Assembly: GCA_021812305.1 (NCBI GenBank)
Contig: JAKAOB010000001.1
Location: 1 to 51,234 of the forward strand
Length of the DNA: 51,234 nucleotides
From: Thermoplasmata archaeon
GTDB lineage: Archaea > Thermoplasmatota > Thermoplasmata > Lutacidiplasmatales > UBA184
Direction: 5' to 3'
Shown here: positions 26,238-35,742 of the stretch, piece by piece
How the letters are laid out: the number at the start of each line of letters is the position of its first letter
How positions within the stretch are numbered: position 1 is the stretch's first letter
Position numbers and translations under genes: made by a program
The notes under the pieces: model-generated
Seen by the model: the letters and a program-made list of their open reading frames with translations, nothing else
Databases searched by the model: none
What the model was told of the DNA's origin: nothing

Positions 26238-29218
26238 GGGGCGACCCGCTCGAGGCGCGCGGCGAAGGCGCGGCCGTCGACGTCGTAGGCGGTGAGGCCG
26301 CTCCCGTCGGGGGCCGGACCGCGCGCGAGCTCGAGGTGGTCGGCGAGCAGCTCGCGCACGAGCGTCGAGCGGGCGGGCTCGAGCGCCCGGTAGATCTCCT
26401 CGTCGGCGACGACGGTGAGCCGGACGTGGTCGGCGAAGTCCAGCCCGAGCTCCTTGCGGGCCCGCTGCAGGCGGCGCAGGACCTCCCGCACGAGCCCTTC
26501 GGCGACGAGGCCGGGGTCGGGCGCCCGCGGGAGCGCGACCGCCGGCGTCCCGTCCTCCTCCGCGACGACCCAGGCCGACTCCGGATAGCGCTCGCCATCG
26601 ATGCGCGGGGCGCGGACCACGGACTTCACGTTGAGCTCGTCGGCGAGGAGGCGGTCGCCCTCGGCGCCGAGGGCGGCGTAGGCCCGGGCGAGGGCGGGCG
26701 TGACGACGACAGCGGACAGGGGCATGCGGGCCTTCACCCCGGCGCGCTGGCGCAGCTCGCGGCCGGTCTCGACCAGATGCCGCAGGCCGGTCATCCCCGC
26801 GTCGAGCACCGGGTCGGCCCCGCCGGGCGCGTCGGGCCAGCGCGCGAGGTGGACGGAGCTCTCCGCCCGGTCGAGGACGTCGCCCCGCAGCTCGGTCCAG
26901 AGCACCTCGGCCGTGTAGGGAGCGAACGGGGCGAGGAGCCGGGCGCTCACGCCGAGGACGTAGCCGAGGGTGCGGCCGGCGGCCCGCCGGTCCTCCGTCG
27001 CCTCCTCCTCCCAGAAACGGGGCCGGCTGCGCCGGAGGTACCAGGTGCTGAGATCATCGACGAACCCCCGCAGCGCGAGGGCACCGGCCCGGGGGTCGTA
27101 TCCTTCGAGCGCCGCGGTGACGGCGCGGACCGTCGCGTCGAGGCGGGAGAGGATCCACGCGTCCAGGCGCGTGGTCGGCACCGGCGGCCGCTCGAGATCG
27201 TCCGCCGAACCGGGCGGGGCGTTGGCGCGGAAGAACTCGAGGACGTTGAGGATCGTGCCGAGGGTGCGCTGGCCGGCCTGGCGGATCGCGGCCTCGGTCA
27301 CGGCCATCGGCTCGGTGAAGTCGATCGAGAGGAACCAGAAGCGGACCGCGTCGCCCCCGTGCGTGGCGAGCAGGGTGAGCGGGTCGAGGACGTTCCCCTT
27401 CGACTTCGACATCTTCTGCCCGGCGGCGTCGAGGGCGAGGCCGTTCACGACGCACCGGCGGTACGCCGGCCGGTGGAACAGCGCCGTCGAGAGGACGAGG
27501 AGGGTGTAGAACCATCCCCGGGTCTGGTCGAGGCCCTCCGCGATGAAGTCGAGCGGGGTCGCGGGGTGAAACGGCCCCGGCTCGAACGGGTAGTGGTACT
27601 GGGCGAACGGCGCGGACCCGCTGTCGTACCAGGCGTCGATCGTGTACGGCTCCCGGCGGGCCTCGGACGGGTGCCCGGCGGCGGTGCACGCGGGGCACGG
27701 AAAGCGCAGCGCGTCGACGGTCACCCGGTGGGGGTCGAAGCCGGCGGGGAGCGCGGCGCCGGTGAGGCGGGCGAGCTCCTCGAAGCTCCCCACGCACGTG
27801 GCATGGCCCGACGGACACATCCAGATCGGGAGCGGCGTCCCCCAGTAGCGGCTGCGCGAAAGCGCCCAGTCCTTCGCCTCGGTGAGGAAGTTGCCGAACC
27901 GCCCGTCCCGCAGGTGCTCCGGGACCCAGCCGACGGTGGCGTTGTTCTCCAGGAGCTCGCGGGAAAAACGGCTCGTCCGCACGAACCAGGAGTCGACGGC
28001 CCGGTAGATGAGGGGGGTCGCGCAGCGCCAGCAGAACGGGTACGTGTGCCGGATCGTCGTCTCGCGGGCGAGCGCGCCGTGCTCCCTCAGGATCGAGAGG
28101 AGGACCTTGTCCGCGGCCTTGAACGGCCGCCCGGCGACCTCGGGGACGCGGTCGGTGAAGACGCCGCGGCTGTCGAGCGGGTCGAAGCTGCCGACGCCCT
28201 CGCGCGCACCGATCCGCTGGTCCTCGGGGCCGAAGGCGGGCGCCGTGTGGACGAAGCCGGTCCCCTCCTTCGCTTCGACGGAATCGTCCAGGACGACCCG
28301 GTAGCGGTTCGGCCCGGGCCCGGCGTGGGGAAAGAGCGGGACGTAGGCGCGGCCCTCCAGGTCGGCGCCCGTCAGCCGGCCCAGGACCTTCGGGGACGAG
28401 GGGACCTCGCGCTCGAGGGCCGCCTCGGCGAGGACCTCCTCCGTCCCCGCCTCGCCGGCGACGCGGACGTAGACGAGGTCGCGCCGCGCCGCGAGGAGGA
28501 GGTTCGACGGCAAGGTCCACGGCGTGGTCGTCCAGACGAGAAGGTCCGTCGGGGCCTCGCCGGGCCGCGCGACGAGGCGGAAGCGGACGACGACCGACGG
28601 GTCCGTCGCGTCGCGGTAGCCCTGGGCGACCTCGTGCGAGGACAGCGGGGTCTCGCACCGCGGACAGTAGGGAAGCACGTAGTGGCCTTTCTCGAGCAGG
28701 CCGCGGTCGAACAACTGCCGGAGCGACCACCAGACGCTCTCGATGTACGGTGCGTCCATCGTGCGGTACGCGCCCTCGTAGTCGAGCCAGTAGCCCATCC
28801 GCTCGCTCATCTCGCGCCAGAGCGCGATCGTCTCGAGGGCGCTCGACCGGCACTCCCGGCAGAAGCGCTCGACGCCGAACGCCTCGATCTCCTTCTTCGA
28901 GCGCAGGCCGTGGCGCTTCTCGATCTCGAGCTCGACCGGGAGTCCGTGGCAGTCCCAGCCGGCCATCGGGGTCACGATGCGCCGTCCCCGCATCCTCCAG
29001 AAGCGCAGCTCGGTGTCCTTGAGCGTCCGGCCGACGACGTGCCCGACGTGCGGGGCGCCGTTCGCCGTCGGCGGGCCCTCGGTGAAGTAAAACGGCGGTC
29101 CGTCGGCCGGCCCCGCGCGGGCCCGGGCGGGGACACCGGTCCGCTCCCAGTAGGCTCGGATGCGGGCCGCCCGCTCCTCCGACCCTCCGGGGGGTCCCCG
29201 GCCCGCGTCCTCCGGCAC
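26234..29218 (-). CDS. ileS: Isoleucyl-tRNA synthetase
   Basis: EGPPTANG.PHVGH, GWDCHGLPVE, WTTTPWTLPSN, DWALSRSRYWG, EGLDQTRGWFY, KMSKS; GTG 29218 about 27 nt after TCTTATCT. Confidence 0.96.
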   Translation of the reverse strand: MPEDAGRGPPGGSEERAARIRAYWERTGVPARARAGPADGPPFYFTEGPPTANGAPHVGHVVGRTLKDTELRFWRMRGRRIVTPMAGWDCHGLPVELEIEKRHGLRSKKEIEAFGVERFCRECRSSALETIALWREMSERMGYWLDYEGAYRTMDAPYIESVWWSLRQLFDRGLLEKGHYVLPYCPRCETPLSSHEVAQGYRDATDPSVVVRFRLVARPGEAPTDLLVWTTTPWTLPSNLLLAARRDLVYVRVAGEAGTEEVLAEAALEREVPSSPKVLGRLTGADLEGRAYVPLFPHAGPGPNRYRVVLDDSVEAKEGTGFVHTAPAFGPEDQRIGAREGVGSFDPLDSRGVFTDRVPEVAGRPFKAADKVLLSILREHGALARETTIRHTYPFCWRCATPLIYRAVDSWFVRTSRFSRELLENNATVGWVPEHLRDGRFGNFLTEAKDWALSRSRYWGTPLPIWMCPSGHATCVGSFEELARLTGAALPAGFDPHRVTVDALRFPCPACTAAGHPSEARREPYTIDAWYDSGSAPFAQYHYPFEPGPFHPATPLDFIAEGLDQTRGWFYTLLVLSTALFHRPAYRRCVVNGLALDAAGQKMSKSKGNVLDPLTLLATHGGDAVRFWFLSIDFTEPMAVTEAAIRQAGQRTLGTILNVLEFFRANAPPGSADDLERPPVPTTRLDAWILSRLDATVRAVTAALEGYDPRAGALALRGFVDDLSTWYLRRSRPRFWEEEATEDRRAAGRTLGYVLGVSARLLAPFAPYTAEVLWTELRGDVLDRAESSVHLARWPDAPGGADPVLDAGMTGLRHLVETGRELRQRAGVKARMPLSAVVVTPALARAYAALGAEGDRLLADELNVKSVVRAPRIDGERYPESAWVVAEEDGTPAVALPRAPDPGLVAEGLVREVLRRLQRARKELGLDFADHVRLTVVADEEIYRALEPARSTLVRELLADHLELARGPAPDGSGLTAYDVDGRAFAARLERVAP

Positions 29219-29286
29219 GCGGCGCGCGGAGGCGGGGCCGGGAGATAAGATGCACCGCCGCCGGGCCGTCGCCTCCGGCGGAACGT

Positions 29287-30045
29287 TCAGCGGGAAAGAC
29301 CCGGTGGGGGCGGCGAACGCGACACCGGACCGACGTGGCCGCCGGCGTGCTGCCGGACGATGGTCCCGTCCACCCGGGCGATCTCGCAGCCGGCGCCGAG
29401 GACGATGCGGTCGGCCCGGAGGTACTCGCACACCACGCCCTCGAGGTCGACCTCCCGGGCGTCGATGCGCAGGACCGTGAGCTCCCCTCGGGGGCCGAGG
29501 CGCCGGGGCGCGCGAAGGGTGATGCGCTCGGCCGCGAGGCGATCGGCCCGGGAGCGGCCGCGCAGGCGGCCGTCGAGGGTCGTCGCGGTCAGCGCCCCGT
29601 CCAGCGTAAGTCGTCCGTCGAAGAGCACCGGGCCACCGGCCAGGTCGCCCCGCGCGTCCAGGTGGCCGGTCCACTCGGTCCGCCCCGTGACCCGAAGGCT
29701 ACCGCCGCACTCGAGCCGGCCCCGGAGATGGGCGCTCCCCGCCGAGAGACCGGCCCCGATGCGGGCGGACCCCTCGATCGTCAGCGCCTCCGCGACCTCG
29801 ACCGGGCCGCCGACCTCCAGGGTGCCCCGCGACGCGACCTCGCGCGCCCGCAGCGCCCCTCCGATCGTGATGAGCCCGCCGAGGTCCACGCGGTCGGCGT
29901 CGACGTCGCGGACCACCCGGGCCGCCCCCGTGGCCTCCCACCGGCGGGCCCGGACCGCGTCCCGGCGGACGCTGCCGTGGTCGTCGACATCGGCCGGGGG
30001 CGGCCCGGCCGGCGCGGCCGGTGGCGCGGGAACGCGGGTCGCCAC
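29287..30045 (-). CDS. Bactofilin / polymer-forming cytoskeletal-like beta-helix protein
   Basis: Repeating ~6-residue V/L-x-G pattern; C-terminal I.A.EV.LE.V....LRA.RI.LG.GCEI..V. Confidence 0.62.
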   Translation of the reverse strand: MATRVPAPPAAPAGPPPADVDDHGSVRRDAVRARRWEATGAARVVRDVDADRVDLGGLITIGGALRAREVASRGTLEVGGPVEVAEALTIEGSARIGAGLSAGSAHLRGRLECGGSLRVTGRTEWTGHLDARGDLAGGPVLFDGRLTLDGALTATTLDGRLRGRSRADRLAAERITLRAPRRLGPRGELTVLRIDAREVDLEGVVCEYLRADRIVLGAGCEIARVDGTIVRQHAGGHVGPVSRSPPPPGLSR

Positions 30046-30054
30046 GGCCGTCCC

Positions 30055-30489
30055 CTACCCGGACCTCGCGACCGGAGGGATGCCCAGGCGGCGGTGCTGG
30101 ACCATGATGCAGAGGTTCTGAACGACGGGGATCCCCTTCTCCTCGGCCCGCGCCGCGGCCCCGGCATGCTCGACCCCGAGCTGGAGCCAGATGGCGCCGG
30201 CGGACCGCGCGATGGCCTCGTCCACGACCGGCGGCACCTGGTCGCTGCGCCGGAAGACATCGACGATGTCGATCGAAACATCCCCCGGGATCGCGGAGAG
30301 GCTCGGATACGCGCGCTCCCCGAGCACCTCGGTCAGCATCGGATTGACGGGGAGGATGCGGTAGCCCTGGGCCTTCAGGTACCGGGCCACCTCGTTCGAG
30401 TCGCGCTCGGGCTTGTCCGAGAGCCCGACGACCGCGATCGTACGGGCGCCGGTCAGGAGGTCCCTGAGGCGTGCGTCGGTCGCCTCCAT
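30055..30489 (-). CDS. CoA-binding protein (YccU-like)
   Basis: IAVVGLS.KPERDS..V..YL..GY.I.PVNP, DIVDVFR, IWLQLG. Confidence 0.92.
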   Translation of the reverse strand: MEATDARLRDLLTGARTIAVVGLSDKPERDSNEVARYLKAQGYRILPVNPMLTEVLGERAYPSLSAIPGDVSIDIVDVFRRSDQVPPVVDEAIARSAGAIWLQLGVEHAGAAARAEEKGIPVVQNLCIMVQHRRLGIPPVARSG

Positions 30490-31484
30490 CGCGCGGTCCA
30501 CCCCGTCTCGTTACAAGAGGCTGACGCCCCCGCCGTACGCGACGGATCGGGCCCCTCGGCGCCCGGCGGGGGTGCGGACGGCGGCGGGGGCGGGGGGATC
30601 GGCCAGGCATAGACCGGGAGCCCGGGCGGTCCGCCCGCTCCCCATACCGCGACCGGCGCCAGCGGCGGGGGTCGCGATCGGAGGTAGAGGACGAGCGCGA
30701 CGGCGAGCCCGATCCCGATGACCCCGTAGTGGACGGCCAGCCCCCCGTCGGGAGAGATCAGCTCGAGGAAGGCGGCGGCGTCGTTGGCCCCGTGCAGCAG
30801 GGCGACGATCATCAGGTTGCCGCCGGAGGCCCGGACCGTCAGGGCGAAGGCGAGGCCCAGGAGGAACAGGGTCGGGTAGATGAACGGCGCGGCGGGCCCG
30901 TAGGTGGTCCCGTAATAGAGGTGCACCGAGGCGAACAGCGCGCTCGTCCACACCGCGTGGACGGTCCAGCGGGGCGAGCGGCGCGCGAGCCAGTAGCCGA
31001 AGATCCATCCGCGGAAGATGGTCTCCTCGATGGCCCCGATGACGAAGGAGAACGCGACCCAGAACCATGGGTCGGACCTGGCGTTCTCGAGGACCGGGTT
31101 CGGACGGGAGAGCAGGCGGAGCGCCGACGGGTCGACGGCGGCGTAGACGATCGCGAGAACGATCGTCACCCCGAGCGCGAGGATCGACAGGAGCCCGTAC
31201 CACCGCAGTCCCTCGATGCTCGCCGTCCGGAGGTGCGACGCCCAACCCGCCAGCGGGCGAGCGCCCACCAGGACCGCGAAGGAAAGGATGGGGATCCCGT
31301 AGACGACGAGGAGACCCGTATAGGGCCCGTAGAGGACCGCCAGGGACGGGACGAGCTCCGGCACGACGTACTGGCTGAGGATCGCCGCGACGGTGACGGC
31401 CACGGCCACCGCATAGGCCCCCACGGATCCGAGCGCGCCGGACCCGTCCGTCGCGCCGGCCGTTGCCCCTCCGGCGAGCGCCAC
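30453..31484 (-). CDS. CPBP/Abi (CAAX-type) intramembrane metalloprotease
   Basis: EETIFRG, LFASVH, HGAND. Confidence 0.88.
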   Translation of the reverse strand: MALAGGATAGATDGSGALGSVGAYAVAVAVTVAAILSQYVVPELVPSLAVLYGPYTGLLVVYGIPILSFAVLVGARPLAGWASHLRTASIEGLRWYGLLSILALGVTIVLAIVYAAVDPSALRLLSRPNPVLENARSDPWFWVAFSFVIGAIEETIFRGWIFGYWLARRSPRWTVHAVWTSALFASVHLYYGTTYGPAAPFIYPTLFLLGLAFALTVRASGGNLMIVALLHGANDAAAFLELISPDGGLAVHYGVIGIGLAVALVLYLRSRPPPLAPVAVWGAGGPPGLPVYAWPIPPPPPPSAPPPGAEGPDPSRTAGASASCNETGWTARWRRPTHASGTS

Positions 31485-31546
31485 GGCGCTCGGACCCGGT
31501 GCGGCTACATATGCGTTCGGCGCATCGCCCCGCCGAGGGGTCGAGC

Positions 31547-33373
31547 GTGGACATCGCGGTCCTGATCAAGGTCGTCCCGAACCTGGAGCGCCTGCACTAC
31601 GACCCCGGCCGCAAGACCGTCGTCCGCGAGGGAACGGAGCTGTTCATCAACCCCTTCGACCAGCGCGCGGTCCGCGTCGCGCTCGACCTGCGCCGGCCCG
31701 GCGAGCGCGTCACCGTCCTCTCGATGGGACCTCCCCCGGCGGAGACGGCGTTGCGCGAGACCCTCGCCCTCGGGGCCGATGCGGCGGTCCTGGTCACGGA
31801 CCGGGCCCTCGCCGGCTCGGACACCCTCGTCACGGCGCGGGTCCTCGTCCGAGCGCTCGCGCGCACCGGCCACGACCTCGTCCTGACCGGGGCCTGGACG
31901 ACCGACTCGGAGACCGGCCAGGTCGGTCCCGAGGTCGCCGGTCTCCTCGGCGTCCCGGTGGTCGCCGAGGCCCAGACGCTCCGGCGCGACGACGCCGGGG
32001 GGCTCGAGGCGGTGACGGACGCGGACGGCGGGACGGAGGCCTGGCGTTTCCGAGCGCCGGCCCTGGTCACCGTCGGGGAGAAGATCGCCCGGATCCGCAA
32101 GCCGACCGCCGCGGAGCTCGAGGAGGCCGGCCCGCGCCCGGTCGTCCGCCTCAGCGCCGCCGACCTTGGCCTTTCGATGGCGGAGGTGGGCCTCGACGCC
32201 TCCCCGACCGTCGTGGCCACCCTGCGCGACGACGAGCCGACGCGCGGCCACCTCAGCTTCCCCGACGGCACGGTCGAGGAGCGGGTGCGTGCGGCGGTCG
32301 AGGTGCTCCGTCCGCTCGTGGCGCAGCCGCCGGCGCCGGAGCGGGCGTGGCCGCCCCTCTCGGCGGAACGGGACCCCTCCGGCGAGGTCCTGGTCCTCGT
32401 GACCGGGCGGGAGGGGACGCTCCACGCCTCCGGGCTCGCCATGCTCGCGGAGGTGCGTCGCTCGCTCTCACCGAAGTGGCCGACGGCGATCTGGGGGGGC
32501 CCCGACCCGACGCCGGCCGACCGGGACGCGATCGCCTCCGCGGGGGCCGCCCGGATCCTGACGGTGGCGCTACCGGTACCCGTCGACCCCCGCCCCCTCG
32601 CCGAGGCGCTGCGGCCGCGGACCGAAGGCGCCACGCCGCCGGCCGCCGCGATGTTCCGGTCCCACTCCTTCGGCCGTTCCGTCGCCGCCCTCCTGGCCGC
32701 CCGACGGGGGCTCGGACTCGTCGGCGACGCGGTCGGTGTGCGTCCGCTCGCGGACGGCGGCGTGGAGTGGGAGAAGCCCTCCTTCGGCGGAGGGGTGATC
32801 GCGGGGATACGGACGCGCAGCGTCCCCTCGCTCGCCACCGTGCGGGACGGGGCGTTCCGCCCGCCGCCGCCCGCCGCCCCCGGACCGATCGAGTCCGTCC
32901 CGATCGACGCGGGCGGCCCCCGGGGGCCCGGGCCGGAGCGCACGGGAACGACGGTCGAGACCCCCGGCCCCTGGGGGGAGCTCGCCGGGGCCCGGATCGT
33001 GCTCGCCGTCGGGATGGGGCTCGGCGGACCGGACCGGCTCTCCGAGATCGCCCCGACCCTCGCCCGCTGGGACGCGGCCCTCGGGGCGAGCCGACGGGTC
33101 GTCGACGCCGGATGGGTGCCCCGGTCCCGCCAGATCGGGCTCACCGGCCGGTCGGTGGCGCCCGTCCTCGGGGTCCTGGTCGGCGTGAGCGGCTCGGCGA
33201 ACCACCTGGTCGGCTACCGACGCGCGCGCGCGCTCCTCGCGGTCAACCCCGATCCCAAGGCGCCGGTCTTCCGCGGGGTGGACGCGGGGATCGTCGGGCG
33301 GTGGGAGGAGGTCCTCCCGTCGCTCACTTCCGCCGTGGCGTCGCTCGGGATCGTGCCCGCGCCGACCGCGTGA
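31547..33373 (+). CDS. Fused electron transfer flavoprotein beta-alpha
   Basis: N-terminal INPFD, LSMGP, AGSDTLVTA, DSETGQVGP; C-terminal VG.G.GG, GASR.VVD.GW, QIGLTG, GVSG..NH.VG, VNPDPKAPVF. Confidence 0.9.
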   Translation: MDIAVLIKVVPNLERLHYDPGRKTVVREGTELFINPFDQRAVRVALDLRRPGERVTVLSMGPPPAETALRETLALGADAAVLVTDRALAGSDTLVTARVLVRALARTGHDLVLTGAWTTDSETGQVGPEVAGLLGVPVVAEAQTLRRDDAGGLEAVTDADGGTEAWRFRAPALVTVGEKIARIRKPTAAELEEAGPRPVVRLSAADLGLSMAEVGLDASPTVVATLRDDEPTRGHLSFPDGTVEERVRAAVEVLRPLVAQPPAPERAWPPLSAERDPSGEVLVLVTGREGTLHASGLAMLAEVRRSLSPKWPTAIWGGPDPTPADRDAIASAGAARILTVALPVPVDPRPLAEALRPRTEGATPPAAAMFRSHSFGRSVAALLAARRGLGLVGDAVGVRPLADGGVEWEKPSFGGGVIAGIRTRSVPSLATVRDGAFRPPPPAAPGPIESVPIDAGGPRGPGPERTGTTVETPGPWGELAGARIVLAVGMGLGGPDRLSEIAPTLARWDAALGASRRVVDAGWVPRSRQIGLTGRSVAPVLGVLVGVSGSANHLVGYRRARALLAVNPDPKAPVFRGVDAGIVGRWEEVLPSLTSAVASLGIVPAPTA

Positions 33374-33584
33374 CCGCGAGCGTCGCCTCGGCCGTCTGCA
33401 GCGCGGCCAGCAGGTCGTCGGCGCTGCGGCGCAGCGAGCCGGCGGAGTCGCCCGTCAGCGTCAGGGTGAGGCGGGTGCCCTTTTGCCGCGCGGTGACGAA
33501 GCCGGGGTCGTCGACCGCCACGGCCCGGCCGACGCGCTCCGCCATCGCCGCCGCGGCGTAGCGGCGCACCAGCGTGAGCGTCAG
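33324..33584 (-). CDS. pcc1: KEOPS subunit Pcc1-like protein
   Basis: About 85 aa: AERVGRAVAVDDP.FV...LTL..DSAGSLRRSADDLLAALQTAE; start proposed at a CTG overlapping the upstream TGA. Confidence 0.65.
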   Translation of the reverse strand: MTLTLVRRYAAAAMAERVGRAVAVDDPGFVTARQKGTRLTLTLTGDSAGSLRRSADDLLAALQTAEATLAVTRSARARSRATPRRK

Positions 33585-34588
33585 CCGCCCCGCTTCGTCC
33601 GCCGCGCCGTTCCCGGCGGGGATGGTGCCTCCTTCGGGGGCGGGGCCGCCCCCGGTCCCCGGTCGAGCGCCCCCGGGACGACCGGCGCGGTCCGGCGGCG
33701 GCGCGCGCTCTCCTCGGCCGCCCGGTCGCGCAGGTAGTCGCGGACCGACGGCCAGATCGTCGCGTCCGGCCGGGCCTTGTTCTCGAAGTTGTTCTCGCCG
33801 AGGAACCGGCCGAACGCCCGGATCGTCGCGTCGTCCATCGTCCCCGAGGCGCGGCCGGGCGCGAAGCCGAGGATCGCGAGGTCGTGCTGGAGGCCGCGGA
33901 CGACCTCGGGGGTGAGCCGGATCAACGTGGCCGGGTCCTCCCGGGTGAGCAACGTGAGGTCGTAGAGCCGGAAGACCCGCCGAAGCTCCTCTATCGGCGA
34001 CGGGTGGTCGTCGATGCGGATGTCGACCCACCGGTCGTTCCCCTCGTCGTAGCCGCCCTTGGCGCGGACGATGAGCAGCGCCGCGGACTGCATCCCGCGC
34101 CGGTCCCCGCCCTCGCGCTGGCCGGCGGCGAGGGCGGCCAGGAGCCGCTCGGGGAGATCGCCCGGCGTCGCCTCGTACGCCCGGGCCATCCCCTCGACGA
34201 CGGCGCGGGACAGGAGGATGTTGCCCTGGCAGGCGAATCCGTCGCCGACGACGTGGCCGGCGAAGTCCATGCACTTTGCGCCGGTAAAGGCGCTCGCCCC
34301 GCCGCGGGCGTCGACGACGCCGAGCTGGCGCTCGTCGCGCTTCGGGTCCGCCGACGTGAGGGCCCGCACCACCGCTTCGGCGGACTCCCCGCGCCGCAGG
34401 CGGGCGAGCCCCCCGGGTCCGTAGCCGACGTTCGCGAGCGCCTGGGTCGCCAGGGCCCCCACGCCGACCTCGGCCCACGGCACGACGGCCCCGACGGCGA
34501 GGAACTTCGACTGCACGGCGACGCCCCACTCGTCCCGGCCGCGGTCGTACGCGACGATCGAGAACGTTCCGAAGCGGGGCGCCGGCAT
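33581..34588 (-). CDS. DUF1028 (Ntn-hydrolase-like) protein with C-terminal PG-binding-like domain
   Basis: TFSIVA, GVAVQSKFLAVG..VP, ATQA, RQLG.VD, QGNIL, GGDRRG.QSAAL, D.RIDDH..PI.EL. Confidence 0.9.
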   Translation of the reverse strand: MPAPRFGTFSIVAYDRGRDEWGVAVQSKFLAVGAVVPWAEVGVGALATQALANVGYGPGGLARLRRGESAEAVVRALTSADPKRDERQLGVVDARGGASAFTGAKCMDFAGHVVGDGFACQGNILLSRAVVEGMARAYEATPGDLPERLLAALAAGQREGGDRRGMQSAALLIVRAKGGYDEGNDRWVDIRIDDHPSPIEELRRVFRLYDLTLLTREDPATLIRLTPEVVRGLQHDLAILGFAPGRASGTMDDATIRAFGRFLGENNFENKARPDATIWPSVRDYLRDRAAEESARRRRTAPVVPGALDRGPGAAPPPKEAPSPPGTARRTKRGG

Positions 34589-34613
34589 CGACCGCCGAGG
34601 AGGCTCGCCCCTC

Positions 34614-35123
34614 TTAAGGCTCTCCCGGGGCCGCGGCGTCGAGCGCCGCGTGGACCTCGTTCCCTAGGCGGCGCGCGCGGCCCCGGTCCCCCGCGCGGAG
34701 GGCCTGGAACGCCTCCCGGAGGGTACGGACCCAGGGCGCGACGTCGCGCCCCTCGCGCCGGCGCACCTCGAGGAGGCGCTCGATCAGCCGCAGGCGGTTC
34801 GCCACGGGGTCCTCCTCGTCCCCCGCGGGCCGACCCCGTCCGCCCGTCGGGACGTAGCCGACGAGGCCGCGCGGGAACTCGGTGAGCTCGCTCTCCTCCT
34901 CCCCCTCGTCGAGCCGTCGGTCGATCGACAGCAGCTGCGTCTCGGCCGCGCGCAGCGATCCGCGCGCGATCAGGGCGCGCGCCGAATCCAGACGGGACTC
35001 GAGCTCCGGGTCCGGAGCGCCGGCCCGGCGCCGATCCCGCAGGCGCTCGGTGACGCCGGCCAGGAAGCCCTCGACCTCCTCGGCGAGGAGGGTGGGGCGG
35101 GGGGCGGTCGATCGGCGCCTCAC
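34614..35123 (-). CDS. Hypothetical alpha-helical protein
   Basis: GTGA overlap with the upstream stop; coding-like composition (ELTEFPRGLVGYVP motif). Confidence 0.65.
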   Translation of the reverse strand: MRRRSTAPRPTLLAEEVEGFLAGVTERLRDRRRAGAPDPELESRLDSARALIARGSLRAAETQLLSIDRRLDEGEEESELTEFPRGLVGYVPTGGRGRPAGDEEDPVANRLRLIERLLEVRRREGRDVAPWVRTLREAFQALRAGDRGRARRLGNEVHAALDAAAPGEP

Positions 35124-35731
35124 GTGGGCCCGGGGGCGCCCCCGGCGCGGGCCGCGCGCCGCGGCGCCGGCACCCGCTCGGTGAGCGTCGCCCAGATGCG
35201 GTCGATCGCGGGCCAGAACTCCTCGGGCACCCCGGGGGCGCCGAGGGCGCCCTCGGCGTGGGCGAGGTCGGGCTCGAGGTCGTCGACCCGGTGGCCGTGC
35301 CCCTTCGCCCACGCGAGGGACGCGCGGGCGAGGTCGCGTTGGAGCTCCGCGTCGCGCCGTCGGCGACGCGCGGTCTTCTCCTCGGGCCCGAGCGCGTTCT
35401 CGGGGTCCCACGACGGGGGCTGGGGGACGGGGACGGCGACCCTCAGGTCCCGGAACGGTCGGGGCAGGGTGGGCCAACGGGGTTCCGCGAGCCGGACGCT
35501 GAGCTGGTCGAGCGCGCTGGTGGCGCCGTCAAAGTCCCCCTCGCCGAACAGCCGGGCGGCCGTGTCGAGCGGGTCGAGGAGCTCCGTCGACGGCGCCCCC
35601 TTCCAGGGGTCGAGGGAGAGCGCGATGCGGCTCGGGGCGAGGCGGCGCAGCACCGCCCGGGCCGGCTCGGCGGCGGGAGGGGCGACGGGAGCGCCCGCCC
35701 CCTCGGGCGGACGGTTGGGGGCGCCGGGCAC
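35120..35731 (-). CDS. Hypothetical protein downstream of GGR
   Basis: GTG after GGAGG, 11 nt past the GGR stop; RLAEPRWPTLP.PF..LRV.VP.PQPP.WDPE. Confidence 0.65.
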   Translation of the reverse strand: MPGAPNRPPEGAGAPVAPPAAEPARAVLRRLAPSRIALSLDPWKGAPSTELLDPLDTAARLFGEGDFDGATSALDQLSVRLAEPRWPTLPRPFRDLRVAVPVPQPPSWDPENALGPEEKTARRRRRDAELQRDLARASLAWAKGHGHRVDDLEPDLAHAEGALGAPGVPEEFWPAIDRIWATLTERVPAPRRAARAGGAPGPT

Positions 35732-35742
35732 GTGTGGGCCTC

